Sequence record: PQ559670.1
Direction: 5' to 3' (one strand)
Source of the DNA: Microbacterium phage Fulton
Length of the DNA: 32,000 nucleotides
Shown: positions 24,993 through 31,495 of the stretch, piece after piece
How the letters are laid out: each line of letters opens with the position of its first letter
How positions within the stretch are numbered: the first letter of the stretch is position 1
Notes under the pieces: generated by a model
Seen by the model: only the letters and a program-made list of their open reading frames with translations
Told to the model about the DNA's origin: nothing
Database searches by the model: none
Position numbers and translations under genes: made by a program

Positions 24993-25987
24993 GCTTCCTC
25001 CTCGATGTACGATACCACATCGCCCGTCAGGATGACAGTCGGCTCGGTGCCGTGCTCCTTGTGGTACCTACGCCAGTCCACACCGATCCGCTTCACCGCG
25101 CCGGTTTCCTTGTTCATGTTGGTAACCTTCAGGAAGGGACCCAGCACGTCGTAGATGTATCGGGCGTCTGCCAGGTTCTGCCGGCGATCTATCTCGCCCT
25201 GCCCGCTGAACGGGATGGTGGTGGTCAGCTTGCGGTCATCGTCGAAGACCAGCGTGTCGAAGAGGAAGGTGCTGTACCCGCTGTCGTACGCGTCGAGGAA
25301 CATGGCCAGGTCCTCACCTTCGTACTGGAACTCCTTGGGCATGCTGCGCATCGTGAACCGGTTCAGGTCGATGAACAGCACACACAGGGGAAAGCCGCGT
25401 GCCTCGATGACTGCGGTGACGTCGGTGTCGACGAATGACGACATGAACGCGCTGCGGGTGCTGCCGTAGGCTGCGTCCTCGGCATGGTAGAAGACGGCGT
25501 CAGACATCTTGCAGCCGAAGGCCAGCGACTTGATGGTCGCTTCGAGCTTGGTGATGCCCCAGGTGTCCGGGCTGTGCCGCCCTGACTTGCGCATGCCGTT
25601 GTCGTCGGTGCCCCGATCCTCCAGGAGGGCAACCCGCGTGATGTCGTCATCGAGCATCACAATGCGCTCGAATCCACGCTGGTCGGCATCCACCAGGCAG
25701 GTCATGCGACCAGGGCCGATGCCCCAGGGCACCCGCTGCTCCACGATGGTGGCCCACGGGTAGGCGTTGCGGTACGCCTTGCTCTCGGACGCCCTACACA
25801 CGATGAAGACCTTACGCTGGACGTACTTCGGCGCCTGCGCCAGCAGGTTGAGCAGCGGTGACAACCCTGCCCGCTTGTAGCTGGGGACGTAGATGGGATA
25901 CAGCCATTCTTCAGTTCGGCGGCTGTCCATCTCGTGAAGGAGCTCGATCATCTTGTCAGTCATGGCTGCGCCATCCATCCCATTCAA
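24989..25987 (-). CDS. TET-associated-glycosyltransferase (TAGT)-like protein, copy 2
   Basis: LYPIYVPSYKRAGLSPLLNLLAQAP...VFIVCRASESKAYRNAYPWATIVEQ...FERIVMLDDDITRVAL, YEGEDLAMFLDAY; paralogous to copy 1; start may be MTDKM at 25963. Confidence 0.7.
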   Translation of the reverse strand: MNGMDGAAMTDKMIELLHEMDSRRTEEWLYPIYVPSYKRAGLSPLLNLLAQAPKYVQRKVFIVCRASESKAYRNAYPWATIVEQRVPWGIGPGRMTCLVDADQRGFERIVMLDDDITRVALLEDRGTDDNGMRKSGRHSPDTWGITKLEATIKSLAFGCKMSDAVFYHAEDAAYGSTRSAFMSSFVDTDVTAVIEARGFPLCVLFIDLNRFTMRSMPKEFQYEGEDLAMFLDAYDSGYSTFLFDTLVFDDDRKLTTTIPFSGQGEIDRRQNLADARYIYDVLGPFLKVTNMNKETGAVKRIGVDWRRYHKEHGTEPTVILTGDVVSYIEEEA

Positions 25988-26198
25988 ATTCGCCGGGGTA
26001 GTGCCGGACTTGTGAGTACATGCCCTCCCGGAGGGGAAGGCGCTGGAGGCCCTGCTCGGGGCTGGGCGGTTCGATCATGTCCCGGATGGCGCGCTGGATA
26101 GCGTCGGCCGGCGACTCCAGGATATGGAAGTGGTTACGGTCATCGGGCACGTCGACCGATTGATCATGCATCGGCCCGCCGTTCAAATGGATGCGCAT
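25956..26198 (-). CDS. Hypothetical protein
   Basis: 80-aa frame MRIHLNGGPMHDQSVDVPDDRNHFHILESPADAIQRAIRDM...; AAGGAG RBS upstream; contained in the longer track ORF 25956..26600. Confidence 0.6.
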   Translation of the reverse strand: MRIHLNGGPMHDQSVDVPDDRNHFHILESPADAIQRAIRDMIEPPSPEQGLQRLPLREGMYSQVRHYPGEFEWDGWRSHD

Positions 26199-26257
26199 CG
26201 CGGCTCCTTGGGTGTGGCCAGCCCCCGCCACGAGTGGAAGGTGACGGGGGCGGCAGC

Positions 26258-26398
26258 TCACTTGCGCTTGCGGATCTCCTTGGCGACGGCCTGGATACCC
26301 AGCACCACCACGGCGAAGAGGATGATCAGCCCACCCAGCGTGACCAGGGCCACACCGAACCAGCCTAGGATGAGCAGCAGAAGCTCGAACGGGTTCAT
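26258..26398 (-). CDS. 46-aa single-TM protein (below track cut-off)
   Basis: MNPFELLLLILGWFGVALVTLGGLIILFAVVVLGIQAVAKEIRKRK; start coupled (ATGA) to the stop of 26398..27210. Confidence 0.65.
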   Translation of the reverse strand: MNPFELLLLILGWFGVALVTLGGLIILFAVVVLGIQAVAKEIRKRK

Positions 26399-27210
26399 CA
26401 GATGCCGTCCTCGTCACGGCCACCGAAGATGGGTGCCGACCCCGGCTTGAGGCCCATACGCTCGCTGAAGCTGGGGCCGGGGTTGGGTGCCCACACCCGT
26501 CGCTCGATGCGCTGCTCGATGTCGGCTGCGGTGTCAGCCAGGAGCTGGAAGTGGCGCGGGTAGACGTGCAGGTTGGCCACCTGGAAGGTGACGTCGCCAC
26601 GGGTGAGCTCGGGATAGGCGTGCTCCAGGTTGCCCAGCAGGAAGTCCATCAGGGTGTTCCACATGCTGTAGTCGGCACGGTACCCGAAGACGGCATCCAT
26701 GCTGCGCATCTGGGCGATGATGTGGAGCTGGTCCTGGTCATCGATCATGAAGTTGAGCGCGTTGGTGCAGATGAAGTCGTTGCGCCCGTTGTAGTGGGCC
26801 AGCTCGTGGATGTCCCGGTCGCTGATGATGGCCACCCCGTGACGGGTGCCCTTGCCCTCCTGCAGGAAGGTGTCGACCACGCGGTCGAAGAGGCTGATGC
26901 CGCCCCGCTCGATGGTGGCGGTGACGGGGCGGAACAGGATGTGACCGTAGGCGCTGTTCACCTTGCCGTCGTGCCCTGCGCACGCCTTGAAGAGTGCAGG
27001 CACCGGAGGCTCCATCTCCTCCAGCTTATTGCTGCCGCTGTAGAACCAGTCGAGCTCACGACGAACCCAGTCAGGGTTGATCTGCCCGACCATGCTGTCC
27101 TGGTCGGCCAGCCAGTCGACCGAGTAGAGGACCCGGTTGCCAGTGCGCTCGTCGATGGGGGCAGCGGCCAGCGCCAGCACGACATCGTCGATGGTGTTCT
27201 TGTGGATCAT
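26398..27210 (-). CDS. Thymidylate synthase-family protein, probable dCMP (hydroxymethyl)transferase
   Basis: NSAYG, catalytic-Cys region DFICTNALNFMIDDQDQLHIIAQMRSMDAVFGYRADYSMWNTLM, DVTFQVANLHVYPRHF; Asn of TS FN(I/A)xSY is Asp here. Confidence 0.8.
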   Translation of the reverse strand: MIHKNTIDDVVLALAAAPIDERTGNRVLYSVDWLADQDSMVGQINPDWVRRELDWFYSGSNKLEEMEPPVPALFKACAGHDGKVNSAYGHILFRPVTATIERGGISLFDRVVDTFLQEGKGTRHGVAIISDRDIHELAHYNGRNDFICTNALNFMIDDQDQLHIIAQMRSMDAVFGYRADYSMWNTLMDFLLGNLEHAYPELTRGDVTFQVANLHVYPRHFQLLADTAADIEQRIERRVWAPNPGPSFSERMGLKPGSAPIFGGRDEDGI

Positions 27211-27245
27211 TTTGAGTCCTCCTTGGACTGCTGTAGGGTGCTACC

Positions 27246-27275
27246 AGTCTAGCACGGATGATGAAATTTGCGCAA
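27246..27275 (-). promoter_or_regulatory. Promoter TTGCGC-N18-TAGACT upstream of the dCMP-hydroxymethylase-like gene
   Basis: Spacer ends CCGTGC (extended -10 TGC); followed by leader with AAGGAGG RBS. Confidence 0.55.
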
Positions 27276-27282
27276 GCCCCAA

Positions 27283-27462
27283 TTACGGGCAGCTCGGCAC
27301 GGCGTCCTCGCTGGCAGCCAGCGACAGAGCGAGCTCCTGGCTGAACACCTTGCGCTTGATGAGCCGCTTGACTTCGGCCAGCGCCTTCTTGGAGTTGGTC
27401 TGGCCGGACTTGTAGACCTCAGCGGCCTGGGCGATCTGCTGGTCGAGGGTGATGGTTGCCAT
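27283..27462 (-). CDS. 59-aa hypothetical protein (below track cut-off)
   Basis: MATITLDQQIAQAAEVYKSGQTNSKKALAEVKRLIKRKVFSQELALSLAASEDAVPSCP. Confidence 0.55.
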   Translation of the reverse strand: MATITLDQQIAQAAEVYKSGQTNSKKALAEVKRLIKRKVFSQELALSLAASEDAVPSCP

Positions 27463-27471
27463 GATGAGTCC

Positions 27472-27636
27472 TTACGCGGTGAGGGCGGAACGGGGAACGA
27501 AGAACGACTTGTCCGGGTCGGACAGGAGCTTGACCCAGACGTCAGCAGCCGGGTCACTGTCGACTGCGAGGACCTCGACCTGCTGGCCCTTGTAGTTGAG
27601 GATGGCCCACTTGGTGATGTTGGCTGCGGTGTTCAT
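27472..27636 (-). CDS. 54-aa hypothetical protein, possibly leaderless
   Basis: MNTAANITKWAILNYKGQQVEVLAVDSDPAADVWVKLLSDPDKSFFVPRSALTA; -10-like TAAACT 6 nt before ATG. Confidence 0.55.
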   Translation of the reverse strand: MNTAANITKWAILNYKGQQVEVLAVDSDPAADVWVKLLSDPDKSFFVPRSALTA

Positions 27637-27642
27637 GGCTTC

Positions 27643-27671
27643 AGTTTACACGTCATCCATCATCTGTGCAA
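27643..27671 (-). promoter_or_regulatory. Promoter TTGCAC-N17-TAAACT
   Basis: Spacer ends GACGTG; -10 is 6 nt before ATG 27636. Confidence 0.45.
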
Positions 27672-27801
27672 ACTTTTCTTCAACTTCTTTTGGAGTGGGG
27701 TACGGGCACGACATCGGCGTTCCGTTGGCCCACGCCTGCACCGCTTGATGGACGCCTTCCCAGTAGGCGAACCATTGCGTGTCCCGTACCCCGTCGCTCA
27801 T
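27646..27801 (-). CDS. 51-aa hypothetical protein
   Basis: MSDGVRDTQWFAYWEGVHQAVQAWANGTPMSCPYPTPKEVEEKFAQMMDDV; ATGA overlap with stop of 27798..28664. Confidence 0.6.
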   Translation of the reverse strand: MSDGVRDTQWFAYWEGVHQAVQAWANGTPMSCPYPTPKEVEEKFAQMMDDV

Positions 27802-28664
27802 GGCCGTATGAACTGAGCAGGGATGATGGTCTCGAAGTCGCCGTTCCGCCGGTACGGTGTGGCCGTGGGCGGCACCGGCTTCTCGAGGAAGCGGGCATAC
27901 TTGCTGAACTCACAGAACACGTTCTGCACGTCCATCCAGCTCGCCGGCCGTCCGTTGCTGCCTGGCAGCGTGGGCAGCAGCTCCACCGGGAACGTCTGGA
28001 TGATGTCCCTGGCTTCCTTCTCACTGGCATACGTCTTCCCGACCAGGTAGCCCGCGCCCCGCTTGGCACCAGGGCCAGGGAGGATGTAGGTGTTCTCCTG
28101 ATCGGGCTCGCCCCTGGTGTATCCCAGGTCGGTCGCGATCTGCATCGCCATGAACGCAGCGATGCCGCGCACCTCCTGGAGCAGCATGACACGGGTAGCC
28201 AGGTCCCCGACCTCAGCCACATGACCCAGCAGGTTCGCAGCGGCCGGGAAGGTGGCCTGCATCTTGTCCACGATCGGGCGCGGGTCGTTAGGCGACACGA
28301 CGATCATGTAGGCACCCGACAGGAACCGGCCTGGCCGCGCCGTGGCCACCGGGCGCACGACCTTGTCATACCACTTGGGGTCGAAGATCTCAGCGGCCTC
28401 AGGGACGTACCCATCGTTCGCCTCGATGATGTCATCCATCGTGTCAGGCCGGTTGACCTGCCGGTAGAAGTACGACAGGGCCACCCGGTCCAGCGGGTCA
28501 TCGTGCAAGTCCATCAGCTGGAGGAGGTACTGGCTGCCCCGGTCCAGTACGCGGAACACGTTGGTGAACTTGCGCGTGGTCAGGATGCGGGACTTGGTGC
28601 CCTTGCCTTCCCAGAGCCGATGCCTGGCCTTGGCGAACTTGACCACGTCCTCGATGGTCTTCAT
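27798..28664 (-). CDS. Alpha-glutamyl/putrescinyl-thymine pyrophosphorylase-like (aGPT-PPlase / HMUDK helical domain) protein
   Basis: RKFTNVFRVLDRGSQYLLQ...YFYRQVNRPDTM...VRGIAAFMAMQIATDLGYT...YILPGPGAKRGAGYL: (F)TNVxRxLDRxxQYL, NRPxT, and GPGAxxG signature motifs. Confidence 0.75.
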   Translation of the reverse strand: MKTIEDVVKFAKARHRLWEGKGTKSRILTTRKFTNVFRVLDRGSQYLLQLMDLHDDPLDRVALSYFYRQVNRPDTMDDIIEANDGYVPEAAEIFDPKWYDKVVRPVATARPGRFLSGAYMIVVSPNDPRPIVDKMQATFPAAANLLGHVAEVGDLATRVMLLQEVRGIAAFMAMQIATDLGYTRGEPDQENTYILPGPGAKRGAGYLVGKTYASEKEARDIIQTFPVELLPTLPGSNGRPASWMDVQNVFCEFSKYARFLEKPVPPTATPYRRNGDFETIIPAQFIRP

Positions 28665-28912
28665 GCTGCCTCCTTCAGTGTGGTGATGCAGGGTGTTCGG
28701 TACCGGATGCGCACCTTGACGTCCCCGCTGAACATCTCTTCGGACACGCTGGCCTCCTGGTTAGCATACAGGGGCACGTCGTGCAGCCAGCGCAGCTCCT
28801 CGGGTGTGGCATTGACCCAGTCCTCACGGGTGATGATGAACTCCTCCTGAGGCACGGTGGGCACGATGCCCGCGTCGATGACCGAACCGGCTGCGGTGTA
28901 GTAGCTAGGCAC
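28661..28912 (-). CDS. Hypothetical protein
   Basis: GTG start at 28912 (VPSYYTAAGSVIDAGIVPTVPQEEFIITREDWVNATPEEL...). Confidence 0.6.
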   Translation of the reverse strand: MPSYYTAAGSVIDAGIVPTVPQEEFIITREDWVNATPEELRWLHDVPLYANQEASVSEEMFSGDVKVRIRYRTPCITTLKEAA

Positions 28913-29252
28913 GGCGTCGCCCCTTCCGCTTCGGCTTGGGCACGGTACCGTCCGTCTCGATGGCCAGCTTGACGCCCGTGATGCACTCCTGGAAGTCATC
29001 ACTGTTGTAGGCGTGCAGCGCGGTCTCGAGCGCTGGCAGCGCCACCCGGCAGATGGCGATCTGCTTGTCAGTCGAGGCGTTCTTGCCCTCGAACTTCTCC
29101 TGAGCCCTGAGCTGGTGGTACTCCTGCTTCTGCATGTGCGCCAGCGTTTCACCGATGACGGCATGCGCCTGATCGCTGATCTCTCCGTTGATGCTGCCCT
29201 CGTTCAGGAGCTCGATGACCACCTTGCCGGCGATGCGCCTGTCCGCGTTCAC
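28905..29252 (-). CDS. Hypothetical protein
   Basis: 115-aa ORF, overlapping neighbours at both ends. Confidence 0.65.
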   Translation of the reverse strand: MNADRRIAGKVVIELLNEGSINGEISDQAHAVIGETLAHMQKQEYHQLRAQEKFEGKNASTDKQIAICRVALPALETALHAYNSDDFQECITGVKLAIETDGTVPKPKRKGRRRA

Positions 29253-29500
29253 GTGATGTCCGCAGTGAAGTAGAGGCCCACCAGCCCATCCAACACGGCA
29301 TAGGGCATGTACTTACGCAGCTCCTCGTGAGACATCTCACGCGGCTCCGGGTTGCGTGTGACCAAGCCCTTCATGTTTTCCTGGGCCAGCTTCTCGAACT
29401 TCTGGTCAGCTGCCTGCTGGGCGATCTGGGTGAACCGGCTGCGCTCCGTCTTCCAGAGCGACTCGTCCACGAGGACGATGGTGTATGCCTCAGCCATCAT
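29249..29500 (-). CDS. Hypothetical protein
   Basis: 83-aa ORF, ATGA-type coupling. Confidence 0.65.
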   Translation of the reverse strand: MMAEAYTIVLVDESLWKTERSRFTQIAQQAADQKFEKLAQENMKGLVTRNPEPREMSHEELRKYMPYAVLDGLVGLYFTADIT

Positions 29501-30150
29501 GCCCTCCGTGCCGAGCCGAAGTGGCCACCGAAGGCCGACTTGACCTGCTGCTCCGACTGGGTGCCTGCGGCCTTGGCATAGCTGATGGCCTGCTCAGCGC
29601 AGTCCTCGCACTCAGCACAGTCCTGGTGACCGTACTCGACGGTCCAGTTGTCCGGAGCCTGCACCTTGCGAATACCGATGCGGGACAGTGCCTTCTCGAG
29701 CACAGCCACCAGCTCCGGCTTCCCGGTCATGGCCATCGTCAGGCTGATCTCCTTGGCCGAACCGATCTCCTCGTAGAGGTACTGGGCCAGCCGGTTGATG
29801 TCGGTGGTGCTGACGTGTCGAGCGATCTCGAGCTGGGCTTCAAGGTGTTCGTGATCGGCCTGCACACACCGGATGGAGGCGTCCATGGCGTCGTTGATAC
29901 GATCGACGATGACCTGTCGGCCCTCCTCTTCCCGGAGGTTCCACATGGCTGCGAACTCGCCGGGGTTGGCCACCCGGAAGCCCTCCGCCGGCTCCCTCGT
30001 GGCCTCGCGGAGCACGGTGTTCAAGGACTCCACCCGGAGGCGATCGAGCTCTGCCAGTACGGCCGCGATCTCCTTCCGGTGCCGCTGGGGCAGCTTGGAA
30101 GCCACCACTCCTTGAAGGCTCTCGATGGCCTTCCCCAATGACTCGGTCAT
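29497..30150 (-). CDS. Hypothetical protein with C-terminal Cys cluster
   Basis: 217 aa; HQDCAECEDCAEQ; coupled start/stop. Confidence 0.65.
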   Translation of the reverse strand: MTESLGKAIESLQGVVASKLPQRHRKEIAAVLAELDRLRVESLNTVLREATREPAEGFRVANPGEFAAMWNLREEEGRQVIVDRINDAMDASIRCVQADHEHLEAQLEIARHVSTTDINRLAQYLYEEIGSAKEISLTMAMTGKPELVAVLEKALSRIGIRKVQAPDNWTVEYGHQDCAECEDCAEQAISYAKAAGTQSEQQVKSAFGGHFGSARRA

Positions 30151-30602
30151 GACAGGTTCCTTCTCTGCTGGATGGTGGGCATGTCGTACGCCGACAGCCC
30201 GAAGACGCGGCTCTGGGCCTCGCTGTACGGTGTGGCCACATCACCTAGCTTGAACTCCAGGCGCGGCTCGGCCTCCTTCAGCAGCTCCACCTTCATGGAC
30301 TCGGGCAGGCTGTCCCAGAGGTCCTTGAGCGCCGTGGTGATGCTCTCGATGATGGGCGTGAACGCTTCCTGCAGCGCGCTGATGAAGGACTCCACCACGG
30401 CCTTGACGTGCGCCGCGATTTCCTCCAGGTCCTGCTGCTCCATGTCGCTGAGCTGCTGGCCTGCTTCCAGCTTGAGCTTGTATTGCTCCAGCCGCAGCAC
30501 GGCGTCCATGTTCTTGTTGATGCGCCGTTCGCGCGCGCAGCCGTTCACGCTGCACTCGACCCACTTGTCCTCGTTCGGGACCTTGCACTCGTAGAGCGAC
30601 AT
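30147..30602 (-). CDS. Hypothetical protein
   Basis: 151 aa, N-terminal Cys pair (CSVNGCARERR), helical body. Confidence 0.65.
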   Translation of the reverse strand: MSLYECKVPNEDKWVECSVNGCARERRINKNMDAVLRLEQYKLKLEAGQQLSDMEQQDLEEIAAHVKAVVESFISALQEAFTPIIESITTALKDLWDSLPESMKVELLKEAEPRLEFKLGDVATPYSEAQSRVFGLSAYDMPTIQQRRNLS

Positions 30603-30874
30603 CAGCTGAACAGCCCGACGGGCGCGTAGTTCTCGATCAGCTTGGTGTAGGTGAAGCGCCGCAGCTTGCCGATGGTGTGCGGTGCCTTGGGTGCCTTGAT
30701 GACCCGCATGACGCCCTGGGAGGACATCGTGGGCAGCGCCACGATCTCGACCTCACGATGCTTGGGCTTCGCCTTGCCGGTCTTGCCTCGGTCGGTGTTC
30801 CGCACGTCGATGTCGTAGAACCGCTGTCCCACCTTGACGTGGTTGCTGAGCTCGACCTTGGTCATGTTACGCAT
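30602..30874 (-). CDS. Hypothetical protein, first gene of the leftward operon
   Basis: MRNMTKVELSNHVKVGQRFYDIDVRNTDRGK...; AAGGAGG RBS before ATG 30874 (start 30865 also possible); track start 30916 overlaps the promoter. Confidence 0.65.
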   Translation of the reverse strand: MRNMTKVELSNHVKVGQRFYDIDVRNTDRGKTGKAKPKHREVEIVALPTMSSQGVMRVIKAPKAPHTIGKLRRFTYTKLIENYAPVGLFS

Positions 30875-30915
30875 GATGCCTCCTTGTGGCATGTCCTGTT
30901 TAGGGTGACAAACCA

Positions 30916-30945
30916 AGTATGCCCTATAGGTACCTATAAGCGCAA
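30916..30945 (-). promoter_or_regulatory. Promoter of leftward operon: TTGCGC-N18-CATACT
   Basis: -35 at 30945..30940, -10 at 30921..30916; palindrome lies in the spacer. Confidence 0.6.
30925..30938. promoter_or_regulatory. Operator-like perfect 14-bp palindrome TATAGGTACCTATA
   Basis: Inside promoter spacer; near-copy 40 bp away. Confidence 0.55.
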
Positions 30946-30964
30946 CCCCCGGCGCACTCTCCCC

Positions 30965-30978
30965 TATAGGTACTTATA
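30965..30978. promoter_or_regulatory. Second operator-like site TATAGGTACTTATA (one mismatch)
   Basis: Same sequence context CCCTATAGGTAC(C/T)TATA(A/C)GCGCA, 40-bp period. Confidence 0.5.
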
Positions 30979-31204
30979 CGCGCACGCGCGCGCCCTATCT
31001 TAGGAATAAAGGCACCCTCACAACCCGAGCCAGCCCCAAGGGCTAGGCGAGGGCGTTGGTGGAGAACACTGCACTCGATTGGTCACCCCGATATCCGCTC
31101 AGCAGCTCCTGAGGGATGCACGCTCGCTCATGCCTGACGGCACGCTCGCGCACATCACGCTGACTGGCTCATCGGTTGCAGCATGATCAATTTTCGTTTG
31201 TGTG

Positions 31205-31234
31205 TTGCGCAGGGTGCGGGCGGTGTGCCATACT
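31205..31234 (+). promoter_or_regulatory. Rightward promoter TTGCGC-N18-CATACT
   Basis: Identical hexamers and spacer length to the leftward promoter. Confidence 0.6.
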
Positions 31235-31279
31235 GGCCAAGCTGCACACGCAGCGCCCCACAGTCAAAGGAAGCACATC

Positions 31280-31495
31280 ATGGAAGATCAGGAAGGCAAC
31301 ACGCCGCAGGTTCATCAGCCTGTCAAGGCGGTGCAGGTCGAGGTTCCCATCCGTCAGGCTCGAGATCGGGCTCAGTACGTCAGGCAGCAGAAGGGTCACT
31401 CCTGGGTGGTCTGGTGGCTGCTCCTGGGTCCTGTCACCCTCTGGATCCCGGCTGTGTACTACAGCTTCAGCCCGAATCACTACTGGCACGTGTGA
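31280..31495 (+). CDS. Small membrane protein
   Basis: MEDQEGNTPQVHQPVKAVQVEVPIRQARDRAQYVRQQKGHSWVVWWLLLGPVTLWIPAVYYSFSPNHYWHV; AAAGGAAG RBS; one TM. Confidence 0.65.
   Translation: MEDQEGNTPQVHQPVKAVQVEVPIRQARDRAQYVRQQKGHSWVVWWLLLGPVTLWIPAVYYSFSPNHYWHV

Noticed and set aside
24054-25987. Toxin-antitoxin, retron, CBASS or other known defence system in the accessory region
   Set aside because: No reverse transcriptase, cyclase, TIR/HEPN/Cap effector or paired toxin motifs found in any frame; the base-modification explanation fits the motifs better.
31118-31149. Direct repeat GCACGCTCGC (31118-31127 and 31140-31149) in the control region
   Set aside because: Short, only two copies, in a GC-rich context; could be chance, so not listed as an element.
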